Below, one piece after another: positions 9,500 to 19,308 of a DNA stretch of 64,000 nt. The position numbers and the translations under genes were made by a program. The notes under the pieces were generated by a model, which saw only the letters and a program-made list of their open reading frames with translations, made no database searches and was not told the origin of the DNA. Location of the stretch: the IMG/VR virus record IMGVR_UViG_3300009425_000016, positions 1 to 64,000 of that record, one strand, 5' to 3'. The first letter of the stretch is position 1. The number at the start of each line of letters is the position of its first letter. Source of the DNA: an uncultured virus (IMG/VR IMGVR_UViG_3300009425_000016). Its lineage: Duplodnaviria > Heunggongvirae > Uroviricota > Caudoviricetes.

Positions 9500-10924
9500 T
9501 TATATTTCACTATGTGGTTTAATACTCAATGTTGATATTATTTCATTAGGAAAATCATTTAACAAACTTACTAATTTTGATTTTTGATGTTTCGTTTTTC
9601 CACCATAATACAATTTATCAGTAACATGATATATATTATGTGGTCGTTTATATTCTTGAAGTTCTTCAAACCGTTTAGCAAGATTATTAATATCAGCCGA
9701 TCCTGTATAAATTACATAATGTATTTCATCACGAGAACAACTTGATACCTCATTAACTCCTGGTTCTAGTAATGCTTGAGCCTCTACTAATCCTGTGTAA
9801 ACTTTTACGCCATCTTTCATAAAAATTACATCATCAAAAACTCTACCATCATAATACCATTTTCCGTTCGCAATTTTCATTTTATCACCATCAGTCATCC
9901 AATCATTAAGTCCATACTTGTACCACAATACGCCCCCATCATCTACTTTTAATTCTCCCCAATAATAAGTTTTATAAAAACCATAAAAATTATCTAATGA
10001 ATCTCCTGGCCTATATTCAGATCTTGTATGACAATCCGCTTCAGTGCTCGCCATTACATTATAAATTACTTTCCATTTAAACTTTTTCTCAATATCTCTA
10101 ATAATATTTTCTCCCGTATGCCCTCCAGCAAATTCCCAATAATCTACCTCAAAATCAAAATCATCAGGACATGCATCAAGTAATCTTTTTACAGCATTAG
10201 GATAAGACGCCACAAGATTTGGTTTCACTTTTTGAAATTGTTCTGGAATATTATCCACTGTTTCATTTATAAAATGAATTGTTCCGCCTGTATAATAAGC
10301 TCTAGCTAAATTCCAAACAAGATAGGTTGATTCAAATCCTCCATTTTGTAACATTATGGGTCTTTTATTATTAAAAAGTTCAGGGGCTACTTCTTTCAAA
10401 TGTCCGGTCATAGAACCCATTGTACACCCTCTCAATGTTTCCCCATTAACATTAGCTTGAGCATGATCCTCATAATCCCAAAAAAATGGCCATAATTCAA
10501 ATATGGGTTTTACTGTAGTACCACTAGTCATTCCTCTATACATCTCATTGGGGTGTAATAATGTGGGAGGAATTTTGCCCTCACTATCTGGTTCATGTAA
10601 CATTTTAATTTTATTTGAACGTATAACACAACTGGCATTACTGTCACCAATTAAAGAATTTAATTCTATATTTGATTGATCTGCTGAAGCTTGACTAGCT
10701 GATCCACCATTTTTTATACTAGCAAGAATCCATAACATATCATCCAGAGTTTTAACTTCTTCAGCTACTACAAAAACAACATGAGGTCCCAATCCGTGTT
10801 TTTTTAAAATTTCAATTTTTTCATCTAACATGTTATGTAAATTTTTCCATGTAACATGTTCTGTTGCTAAACTTATGAATACATCATCTTCATTAAGCGG
10901 TGCTTGATATTGTTTTAGTGTCAT
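9500..10924 (-). CDS. AMP-dependent ligase/adenylation (ANL) family protein
   Basis: MTSGTT P-loop, YNVMASTE, MTDGD, YYDGR..D. Confidence 0.7.
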   Translation of the reverse strand: MTLKQYQAPLNEDDVFISLATEHVTWKNLHNMLDEKIEILKKHGLGPHVVFVVAEEVKTLDDMLWILASIKNGGSASQASADQSNIELNSLIGDSNASCVIRSNKIKMLHEPDSEGKIPPTLLHPNEMYRGMTSGTTVKPIFELWPFFWDYEDHAQANVNGETLRGCTMGSMTGHLKEVAPELFNNKRPIMLQNGGFESTYLVWNLARAYYTGGTIHFINETVDNIPEQFQKVKPNLVASYPNAVKRLLDACPDDFDFEVDYWEFAGGHTGENIIRDIEKKFKWKVIYNVMASTEADCHTRSEYRPGDSLDNFYGFYKTYYWGELKVDDGGVLWYKYGLNDWMTDGDKMKIANGKWYYDGRVFDDVIFMKDGVKVYTGLVEAQALLEPGVNEVSSCSRDEIHYVIYTGSADINNLAKRFEELQEYKRPHNIYHVTDKLYYGGKTKHQKSKLVSLLNDFPNEIISTLSIKPHSEI

Positions 10925-11370
10925 ATTTTCTCTTCAGGATAATACCACCATCCAGCATCTGGTTCATATTTAAATATCGATATTCCCACTCTTTCAGTTT
11001 CAATATTTTCTATTGAATGTTCTATACCAGCATTAAACTTGTGCCATTTTTTTTCTGGTATACATGTTCTATAAAGTTCTTTACCTTTGTCCCACCACAC
11101 AGTTTCTACATTGCTGCCACCTGCTTGTAAAATATAATTATAATTTGTAGTCCTATCAACATCAATATGTTTGGGTATACCATTTCTTAAAATTTGATAC
11201 TTGAAATTATCACATTCAGGAAATAAATGTTTTAGAAAATTTGTTAACTCATCTTCACAATAATAAATTCCGTATATTTCTTTATTTCCTGGCCAAATAT
11301 TTTCTTTTAATTTTATTGATTCAGTATCTAAAAAACAAGGTGGGCCCGGTAAATCTAAAAATTCAATCAT
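10921..11370 (-). CDS. Putative 2OG-Fe(II) oxygenase
   Basis: KHIDVDR (HxD), WHKFNAGIEHSIEN...R. Confidence 0.65.
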   Translation of the reverse strand: MIEFLDLPGPPCFLDTESIKLKENIWPGNKEIYGIYYCEDELTNFLKHLFPECDNFKYQILRNGIPKHIDVDRTTNYNYILQAGGSNVETVWWDKGKELYRTCIPEKKWHKFNAGIEHSIENIETERVGISIFKYEPDAGWWYYPEEKI

Positions 11371-12016
11371 TTTTTCTTATCTCTATCAAATTTTTAAGAG
11401 TTTCATATACATACATTTTATATTCTTCATCTGTACCCTCAAATAAATCACGCATAACTGCATCTTTATTTTCTTCTAATCTTTTTGCATGAGATGTGAG
11501 ATAATTTGGTCTAAAATCTGACAAGTTTAAATAAGCTGGAAAGTTTGCAGTAGTTTTTAAATAATGCTCAACAACAACATTTATATCATTTGGTATTATT
11601 TCTTCTATCCTAGCATTAGGAAACGTTGCTTTTATTTTTGACTTTGTTACATGCACAGGATACATTATATATTTTCCACTTTCCATTATTTCTAAACCAC
11701 CTCGTGCCTCAAACAGTTTTTCAAATAATGGATAATATTCATCAATATCATTATAGTAAGGTTCAATTACATTAAATAATGGGGGCAACATTTTGCCGTC
11801 TATCATTCTATCAAAATGATTTGGAGCAACTAATCTGCGTGATATTGAATATTCATTGATTGATGTATCAAGTGGAACTATACCATTTTCTTTACAAGAA
11901 TACCAATATACGTCATCATTATCATTAGCAAGATTTCTGCCCAATCTATGTCCACCCGCACCTTGTTCAAATGCAATGAATAAAAATTTATCATGTTCAA
12001 ATAAGTCTACCATCAT
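11363..12016 (-). CDS. Hypothetical protein (possibly sulfotransferase/P-loop-like)
   Basis: Operon-embedded ORF; FIAFEQGAGGHRLGR glycine-rich loop near the N-terminus. Confidence 0.55.
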   Translation of the reverse strand: MMVDLFEHDKFLFIAFEQGAGGHRLGRNLANDNDDVYWYSCKENGIVPLDTSINEYSISRRLVAPNHFDRMIDGKMLPPLFNVIEPYYNDIDEYYPLFEKLFEARGGLEIMESGKYIMYPVHVTKSKIKATFPNARIEEIIPNDINVVVEHYLKTTANFPAYLNLSDFRPNYLTSHAKRLEENKDAVMRDLFEGTDEEYKMYVYETLKNLIEIRKND

Positions 12017-12665
12017 AATACATTCTATTATTATTTAAATAAACTAAATCATTTGTATTATACCAATCATCATAGATACACGTATCTCCCCTTACAAATA
12101 ATTTATCATCTTCAATCTTCCAATCACAATAATACGTATCACCCAATATTGTTTCTTTTCTTTTAACTTCTTGTATTTGATCCAAATTATAAAACACTTT
12201 ATTGATTGTTAGGGGTCCTATTTCACTCATGCCCCAATTTGCCATAAATGTTGCTCCTTTGTTTACAAATAATTCTATAATATACCATTCAACAGGATTG
12301 GAACCACAAGTAATCCATATACCCTTTAAATTTAAATCCTTAAATCCTTTTGTTTTAATAATTGCTTTTGCATGATCTGGAGCTAAATGAGTATGAGTAT
12401 ATTTGTTTATTTCTTTAACAAATTTATAAGCATTAAATTGTTCAACTGTTACCTCTGCACCAATACTAAAGGCGGGTAAGGTTTGTGCCAATAATCCTCC
12501 TGCATGCTCCATTTTACATACAGTATAAATTTTAGATTTTTTTGTAATTTGTTGACATTCTATTGCTATCTTATTACATGCCTCTAAATTTTCTGGAGTC
12601 CTAAAAATATGTTTTTGTATTCCTGTTGTACCACTACTTTTAACAAAAACTCCTTCGCTTAACAT
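11997..12665 (-). CDS. Short AMP-binding (ANL) family protein
   Basis: KSSGTTGIQK, H.GGL, NWGMSEIGP, YNTNDL, YYDGR; likely start ATG 12665. Confidence 0.75.
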   Translation of the reverse strand: MLSEGVFVKSSGTTGIQKHIFRTPENLEACNKIAIECQQITKKSKIYTVCKMEHAGGLLAQTLPAFSIGAEVTVEQFNAYKFVKEINKYTHTHLAPDHAKAIIKTKGFKDLNLKGIWITCGSNPVEWYIIELFVNKGATFMANWGMSEIGPLTINKVFYNLDQIQEVKRKETILGDTYYCDWKIEDDKLFVRGDTCIYDDWYNTNDLVYLNNNRMYYDGRLI

Positions 12666-13179
12666 ATTCTTGTACATTTAATTTCCATATAGTTTGTTCT
12701 GTATGATATAATATAGTATCACATACTTTATCAAGTATTCCTTGTTTTGCTAATAAACCCATTAATTTATGATTTCGTAATGCCTTACCACTATGCTCAT
12801 TGGAAATATTTGTAGTTATATACAAATTATCTGTATGACAATAATCTATATAAACTGGGATAAAATCTCTCCATGTTATTGTATTCCAATTACCTTTATT
12901 CAGGCCTTTATAAGGACTTGCTCCGGGTAATTCACATCCTCGAAAATTAATCCTCCAACCATTTTCGTTTATTTCTGGTAAGGGATGACAACCTCCAACC
13001 GCAACAATTTCATCATCCTTGATAGCACAATAATATTCTCCCCAATCTTTACACCATTCTAATTTCATTGCTTTAAAAGAAGAGTTATTTGTATACCCCA
13101 AGTCTTTACATTTATCACAAAATATTTGGAGTTTGCTATGTAGTTGATTAGTGATTGGTTTTATATTGAAAATCCCCAT
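12640..13179 (-). CDS. GNAT-like hypothetical protein
   Basis: YCAIKDDEIVAVGGCH...WRINFRGC resembles GNAT beta strands; likely start ATG 13179. Confidence 0.5.
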   Translation of the reverse strand: MGIFNIKPITNQLHSKLQIFCDKCKDLGYTNNSSFKAMKLEWCKDWGEYYCAIKDDEIVAVGGCHPLPEINENGWRINFRGCELPGASPYKGLNKGNWNTITWRDFIPVYIDYCHTDNLYITTNISNEHSGKALRNHKLMGLLAKQGILDKVCDTILYHTEQTIWKLNVQEYVKRRSFC

Positions 13180-13805
13180 GCTCTTTCCTGACACCACCAA
13201 CATATACCACAATGTCCTAATTTTGGGTCTTTAACATTTTGTGCTTCCCATTCACATGATCTAGTATATACAAATAAACTATCTATTAAATTATATTCTT
13301 TATATATTTGGGCTAGTTTCTTTTTATCTATATTAATCCAGGGTGTATATGCTTTATTATTATTACGTAAAACGTCTTTCATAATAGTAGGATCTCTGTC
13401 TACTTCTGTAACTTCTTCTATAAATGTATCAGTAATAGATTTTGGTGGATTAGCAGTAATTCCTGTATAGAAAATATTTATTAATTTATTTTTTCTATAA
13501 TAATCTAATTTATCAAATATATTACTTAATGTTTGATGGTCACAAAATGTACTATGATGTTCTATGTTTATATTTCCGGTTAATTCGATACATTTTTGAA
13601 TAACATTATTAGTTGTTGTAACATTTTTAAATTGTCTTGCTTTATTTCCAGTAGATAAAATATAGATTTTATCATTAGAATATTTCATTAAAAAGTATAA
13701 AAGCAAAGAACTATCAGCTCCGCCGCTACAACTTATACCTATAGGACCTTCATATATTTTTAAATTGACTCCGGATAAATTTAATTCTTTTTTAATTAAA
13801 TTCAT
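13161..13805 (-). CDS. QueC-like PP-loop ATP pyrophosphatase
   Basis: ISCSGGADSS PP-loop; C-terminal TRSC...HCGICWWCQER zinc motif. Confidence 0.8.
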   Translation of the reverse strand: MNLIKKELNLSGVNLKIYEGPIGISCSGGADSSLLLYFLMKYSNDKIYILSTGNKARQFKNVTTTNNVIQKCIELTGNINIEHHSTFCDHQTLSNIFDKLDYYRKNKLINIFYTGITANPPKSITDTFIEEVTEVDRDPTIMKDVLRNNNKAYTPWINIDKKKLAQIYKEYNLIDSLFVYTRSCEWEAQNVKDPKLGHCGICWWCQERAWGFSI

Positions 13806-14470
13806 GCCTCTATTAGATTTGTTACTGTTGACACAGATTCTTCTGTTAATTTAATATTCATTATTAATACAATATGATCATTCACATCATTGGCATTAAA
13901 TATTGTATGCCGTTTACAAGTATTTAAAAAATATAAACTACCATAAGACCAATGTAATACATTATCATATTGATATATAAAATATCCCCCATCTAACGGA
14001 TTACATACTAGTAAAGGGACAATTAATCTAAAACTATCTATTGTAGATCCCATATTATCTACATGACTTGGAAAAAATCCGCCTGGTTTTAATTTTAAAA
14101 TATGAGATCTAAATAACCATTCTTTAAAAGGATCACAATATAATTTTAATACATCATAAACAGGTGTTGGTACAATAAAATTAGATTCAGTTATATTTGT
14201 ATTATTTTCTTTATTATATTCATATAAACTATCTAAATCAGGCCCAGGTCCTAAATTGCCGTCTAAATTAGTTACACTCAATCCCCAACGATTTATATGT
14301 TTTCTAGGATTATATTTTGTCCAATTATCATCAAATTGGATTAATCTTTCTAACATAGTCTTCGAATTTTGATATATGTTTAATTTAACTTGATCCCCAT
14401 ATGCTGTTAGAGTATTAAATAATTCAAAACTCATACGTTGTATCTCCTGGCCATAGCGGTAATTGTACAC
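13802..14470 (-). CDS. 2OG-Fe(II) oxygenase, aspartyl/asparaginyl beta-hydroxylase-like
   Basis: RSHILKLKPGGFFPSHVD (HxD), G.LYFLNTCKRHTIFN; true start may be near 14434. Confidence 0.75.
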   Translation of the reverse strand: MYNYRYGQEIQRMSFELFNTLTAYGDQVKLNIYQNSKTMLERLIQFDDNWTKYNPRKHINRWGLSVTNLDGNLGPGPDLDSLYEYNKENNTNITESNFIVPTPVYDVLKLYCDPFKEWLFRSHILKLKPGGFFPSHVDNMGSTIDSFRLIVPLLVCNPLDGGYFIYQYDNVLHWSYGSLYFLNTCKRHTIFNANDVNDHIVLIMNIKLTEESVSTVTNLIEA

Positions 14471-15455
14471 CCACTTTTCTTTTTGGTATTTTACTATCAG
14501 CAGAACTCACGCAATTATCAGTAATGCATGGCATAGGTTTGTCAAATAATTTAAATCCAGTTTGAATATTTCCTAAAGGTATATCAGAGCAAGAATATGA
14601 CCGCTTAATGCTCCCACAAGGCTCGCGTATAATAATACTACGATATCCCGACGAACAGATCCAGCCTTTGAATTCATTAAAATTAAACGCATTAAATCTT
14701 TCGGCTTGATCCATTTCATGCACAATCCCTTTCGAATCAATTAACTCTATTTCCATTTGTGGGGTTTGAGACTCATTATGCAATATGTCTAACTGACTTT
14801 TAGTATATCCATCTACTACTTTTGTCGCCGTAGGATTAGATTGGGGTTTTAAAGTTGTATGAATACCCCTCTCTTTAAAATATAAAACATGATCTGTTAA
14901 TGTCCAAAATTTCTCAGGTATCATTACCATATTAATAGTAATTCTTACACCATTATCTTGACAATATACTAATTTGTCTGTAAATTCTTCAATCTTTTTT
15001 TCAGTATCTAAATGTTCAAAATGAGCAGATGCGGTTATTGAAGCCCTATCAAATTTTTTAGCATATTTGATATATGTTTCAAACCATTTCATCTTTCTTG
15101 AACAGTTTGACGTCATATGTATTCTCTGTCTCTTAGAATATTTATCATCTGCAAGATATTTTAATATATCCAAATATCCAGGATGAAATGTTGGTTCTCC
15201 ACCAGACAAAGACCAATTAAATGAATTAAATCCTTGTTCTCTCGCCTGACGTTTTATTTCATCTATTGTTGTTAAACACAACTCTGTGGGTCTATGATCT
15301 TTCTTATCTGATCTCGCGTATGGCCAACAATAAGAACAGTGATAATTACAAAATCTTCCTAATAACCATGACACAGTAAAGGTATCATGATGTAACATGG
15401 TTTTTGTTCCTACAAGTTGTATATCATCAAATGGAATTTTAGTAAAATCATTCAT
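14424..15455 (-). CDS. Radical SAM enzyme with C-terminal Cys-rich (twitch-like) region
   Basis: CNYHCSYC, SGGEPT, TSN; C-terminal WICSSG...C...PCITDNC. Confidence 0.92.
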   Translation of the reverse strand: MNDFTKIPFDDIQLVGTKTMLHHDTFTVSWLLGRFCNYHCSYCWPYARSDKKDHRPTELCLTTIDEIKRQAREQGFNSFNWSLSGGEPTFHPGYLDILKYLADDKYSKRQRIHMTSNCSRKMKWFETYIKYAKKFDRASITASAHFEHLDTEKKIEEFTDKLVYCQDNGVRITINMVMIPEKFWTLTDHVLYFKERGIHTTLKPQSNPTATKVVDGYTKSQLDILHNESQTPQMEIELIDSKGIVHEMDQAERFNAFNFNEFKGWICSSGYRSIIIREPCGSIKRSYSCSDIPLGNIQTGFKLFDKPMPCITDNCVSSADSKIPKRKVGVQLPLWPGDTTYEF

Positions 15456-16756
15456 ATTAAATATTTTTTAATTCGTGGATGTAAACTTTCCGCAGCACTT
15501 GTATTTCTAATTTTGTCTTGTATTCTTGTATGTTTTTTAAAATGATGTCTTAATTCCTCTACACTATTTGGTTTAATAGTAGGAAATACAGTTGGTAAAA
15601 ATAAATCCCATATTGGATCATTTAAACATGTTTGAACAGGAGTTAATGTTTTTTCTATAAATTCCTCATCTTTAATATTTTCTTCTTTAATTAAATCATT
15701 GATTTCTTTTATTATAAATCTTTTATCTTCTTCAAATAAAATAGCAGGATGAAAATGTGGTGGATCTTCACACGCCTGAATATATGCAGCTCCAACAGAT
15801 GCACGCCCTTCAGGATATCCTTCTTTTCTCATATTATAAAAATATCTTGCCCATTCTTTTACATCAAAAATATTATACATTTGTACAACCATGTTAATTG
15901 AAAGATGTGTAAGATTGGGAAGAGTTTGTAATTCATTAATATTTTGTAATACTGCGTTCCATTTGGCATTTGTTCTTATATACTCATATGTTTTTCCTAT
16001 ACCATCTAAACTCGCGCAAATATTTAATTTATTAAATTGTTTAAATAATTGCCAATGTTTATTAAAATTTGTGCAATTAGAAGTGATATTTAAATGTAAA
16101 TCTGTATTATCTTCTTCAATTAACTTCTCTAAAAATGCTATTGAATCTGGATCTACTGTAGGTTCTCCACCCAATATGTTTAATCTCTCTATAAGTGTAA
16201 AATCAATATCAGAAAGAAAATTATTAATATCCATATTATTTGAAATTTTTCCTTCAGGTCTACCCATGTAATATTGATATAACACCGGATGAAGTTCTAA
16301 TTCTTTATATATTTCTGTACTATTTCCTGGATCACACATACGACATTTTAAATTACAAACATTACCAGGACGAATATCTAATGCCAATGGTTGTTTATCT
16401 CGATTTCCATATTTTAAATCTGGAGTAACATGGCCGTCTCGTTTTATAAATTCTTGTCTATCACTAGACCATCCCTTTCTTTCTCGATCACCACATACAA
16501 AACATTCAAGCGGTTCTTCCCCCTTTAATAATTTTTCTCTTATTTCCAAAAGTTGTTTATCATTATAAAAAAACTCCTTCAATCTTTCTTTTGCAGGAAT
16601 TCCTGAAGATTTTTCACTAAACTTTGCTTTCGTGAAGCGCGCTTCACAACACATCTTAATTGAATCTTTTGATGCGTTTACATAAGTATGCATAAATGGG
16701 GCGGGACAATGAAATCCCTTTTTATATTTTATTTTTTCATGAATTTCACGTCTCAT
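15452..16756 (-). CDS. N-terminal twitch-domain radical SAM enzyme
   Basis: HCPAPFMH..MCC...CFVC followed by CNLKCRMC, GGEPT, SLDG..YEYIR..W. Confidence 0.92.
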   Translation of the reverse strand: MRREIHEKIKYKKGFHCPAPFMHTYVNASKDSIKMCCEARFTKAKFSEKSSGIPAKERLKEFFYNDKQLLEIREKLLKGEEPLECFVCGDRERKGWSSDRQEFIKRDGHVTPDLKYGNRDKQPLALDIRPGNVCNLKCRMCDPGNSTEIYKELELHPVLYQYYMGRPEGKISNNMDINNFLSDIDFTLIERLNILGGEPTVDPDSIAFLEKLIEEDNTDLHLNITSNCTNFNKHWQLFKQFNKLNICASLDGIGKTYEYIRTNAKWNAVLQNINELQTLPNLTHLSINMVVQMYNIFDVKEWARYFYNMRKEGYPEGRASVGAAYIQACEDPPHFHPAILFEEDKRFIIKEINDLIKEENIKDEEFIEKTLTPVQTCLNDPIWDLFLPTVFPTIKPNSVEELRHHFKKHTRIQDKIRNTSAAESLHPRIKKYLI

Positions 16757-17925
16757 AAAAATTCCTTAATTAAAAATTTATCTTTTTCTAACCAATGTCC
16801 AACTTGATTTACTGGTATTCCTCCACGTCGGACATAAAAATTATCAATATCATTTAATTTATTTAATAATTCAATTTGCTTAGTACATCTATAATATAAT
16901 CCCATATATACTGCAGTGGGTCGATATTGAAAAATATTACTTAACCACATCAATTTTGTGCCCGAATTTTCATCCTCATCATGTTTAGAAATAAAATTAT
17001 GAATAGAAAATCTTGAATCCAATAAATCTACATGATCATAATATATGTTTACATTATCTTTAAATTCATTAAACCAGGATAACCAACTCTGCATTCCTCC
17101 AAAATAATCAGTATACTTTTCAAATTCGCCTTCTTTTATTTCACGAGCTCCATCCAAAACATCTACACTACTAATAAAATCTTTATAATTTAATCCATTC
17201 CAATTTTCATGTATTTGTTTCATCATATATAATGAATATTCATTACTATCAAAAAATACTAATTTCAAGTCTTTAGTATAACCTGTATCTTTTAAAATTT
17301 TTAAATGATTAAGTCCGCAAGCTACTGTATAAAATACAGATACATCTTTTATAAAATGATGACAATGAATAGATGGTTTATCTCCTTTAGGTAAAATTGG
17401 CTCCGTATTCCAAGGAAGAAAGGCTGAAAATGCACTATCCTTTATAAAATTATAAACATCATATTGATCAGCTATATAAGTAAGAGTTTTTTTAATTTGA
17501 GAACTAAATTCTCTTCTTTCTTTTATTTTTGATAATAAAGGACATCCTTTAGATTTCCATTGTTTAACATTTAAATAATATAATTCTTGATCTCCTATAA
17601 AAACATCATTATCTATAATATCTTGATCTAATTCTTGTATAAATGAATCATCCTCTGTTTCTAAATCATGTCCAACTTTTATTATTATTGCATGATCAAC
17701 TGATTTTGTTTTTAAAAATTCAAGAGCTTCAACATAAGTACCAAAAAGTTTAAAAGACTTCTCATATGAAGACGGCGGTGGATATGGATAAGGTTGGGGA
17801 TTTACTTGCCAATCTAATTCCAAAAACCAATATTCTGTTAAATTTTTATGAAGACCTTTAACAACAGGATCAACATTATTTGAATTGTCAATCCAACAAA
17901 TAAAATATTTTCTTTTTAATTCCAT
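16753..17925 (-). CDS. Hypothetical protein homologous to the N-terminal domain of 21754-25992
   Basis: WNTEP, ACGL, VFFDSN..SL, W, GG..W, WLSNIF correspond to FNSEP, SSGF, IFYDIS..SL, W, GG..W, WVSNVY. Confidence 0.75.
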   Translation of the reverse strand: MELKRKYFICWIDNSNNVDPVVKGLHKNLTEYWFLELDWQVNPQPYPYPPPSSYEKSFKLFGTYVEALEFLKTKSVDHAIIIKVGHDLETEDDSFIQELDQDIIDNDVFIGDQELYYLNVKQWKSKGCPLLSKIKERREFSSQIKKTLTYIADQYDVYNFIKDSAFSAFLPWNTEPILPKGDKPSIHCHHFIKDVSVFYTVACGLNHLKILKDTGYTKDLKLVFFDSNEYSLYMMKQIHENWNGLNYKDFISSVDVLDGAREIKEGEFEKYTDYFGGMQSWLSWFNEFKDNVNIYYDHVDLLDSRFSIHNFISKHDEDENSGTKLMWLSNIFQYRPTAVYMGLYYRCTKQIELLNKLNDIDNFYVRRGGIPVNQVGHWLEKDKFLIKEFL

Positions 17926-17931
17926 AATTAA

Positions 17932-19308
17932 TCATATTAAATATCGTTCAAGTTGTGGTGTAATATCTAAAACATTCGTTTTTCTTAATTTATCTGCTAA
18001 TCTGGTATGTTTAATAAATTGCTCTTTATTATATTTTATATTAGGTAACATCCATCTATCACCTCTTTTTTCAAGATCATCTGGTAACTTGTCTACAAAT
18101 TCTGAATCTTTTCTATAATGACTTACATCTTTATTAAGATCTGAATATACTTGCTGAAAACATTCTTGTTCTTCTTCATTAATATTATAATCATATATTA
18201 CTCTCTCTATTTCACTTCTAATAAAATCTTTATGATCATCATCTAACCAATGTATATTTAAATGCATTGGTTCAACTATTGGATGTAGTGCCGGTGGATC
18301 TATAAATTCAAATCTACGGCTTTGCTCTATCATCCATGCAACATGATTGTAAATATGAAAAATATTATATACATTTATTACACTATTAAATCCTATACTA
18401 TTAATATTTGGTAATTCACACGCTTTTAAGAAATTAGTATGAACTCTTTTCCACTCACATCCTGTTCTACAATATTCAAAAACTTTTCCCAATCCATCAA
18501 CACTAAACCGTAATTGTAACCCTTTAAATTGAGAAAGAAGATCAATAACTTTCTTAGGCCAAACTGTACCATTAGTAATTAAATGTAGTTGTATATTTTT
18601 AGCATCACCATGTTCAACTAACTGTTTCCATATTTTTATACAACTTGGATCTATAAATGTTTCTCCTCCAGACATTTTTAACCAACGGACACCTTCAAGA
18701 TTATAATTATCATATAATCGAGAATTATCTTGATCCCAATCAATAGATTCAGCCATTTTCATTTGCCACGGATTATCAGTCCACATATCCCAATATGTAC
18801 CTTCTAATAAATCATAATTATCTAAAACTTCCTTTTCTATTTTACTACTCCAAATACTACTACAAGATCGACATTTGGCATTACATAATTTTCCTGGTCG
18901 CAAATCTATGTCTATTGGATGGTCATATATATTTCCTGTTTCAACATTAAATCCCATATTATCCATCGTAATACCTTCTGGTGCATATCTGTTTATAAAA
19001 TCAATTCTAGCACTTTCTCTTTCAGCACCAATTTCTTCATAATGCTTACAATAATTACAAGGATTTGAACCATCTTCTAAAACGGGCCATTCATTTTTTA
19101 AAAAAGCTTCTCTAACAGTTTTAATCTTATCACTTGACCACCATTTTTCTTGTTGATTGGCTACAGTATCCCCTTCTCGAATTGCCGGTGTATCAATTCT
19201 ATCCATAATATCACTCATACAACATAATTTAAAAGCACTATTACCCATACTAGTATAGGTGTGTAAAAATGGTGCAGGGCAGAACACCTTCTTGATTTGC
19301 TCTTTCAT
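17932..19308 (-). CDS. N-terminal twitch-domain radical SAM enzyme
   Basis: FCPAPFLH..LCC...CNYC; CNAKCRSC; GGET; ITNGT; SVDG. Confidence 0.92.
   Translation of the reverse strand: MKEQIKKVFCPAPFLHTYTSMGNSAFKLCCMSDIMDRIDTPAIREGDTVANQQEKWWSSDKIKTVREAFLKNEWPVLEDGSNPCNYCKHYEEIGAERESARIDFINRYAPEGITMDNMGFNVETGNIYDHPIDIDLRPGKLCNAKCRSCSSIWSSKIEKEVLDNYDLLEGTYWDMWTDNPWQMKMAESIDWDQDNSRLYDNYNLEGVRWLKMSGGETFIDPSCIKIWKQLVEHGDAKNIQLHLITNGTVWPKKVIDLLSQFKGLQLRFSVDGLGKVFEYCRTGCEWKRVHTNFLKACELPNINSIGFNSVINVYNIFHIYNHVAWMIEQSRRFEFIDPPALHPIVEPMHLNIHWLDDDHKDFIRSEIERVIYDYNINEEEQECFQQVYSDLNKDVSHYRKDSEFVDKLPDDLEKRGDRWMLPNIKYNKEQFIKHTRLADKLRKTNVLDITPQLERYLI

Noticed and set aside
13161..15455. QueC plus nearby rSAM as queC/queE of a deazaguanine DNA-modification pathway
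   Set aside because: The 343-aa rSAM has a C-terminal Cys-rich extension and no QueE-like N-terminus; no queD, folE or dpdA seen
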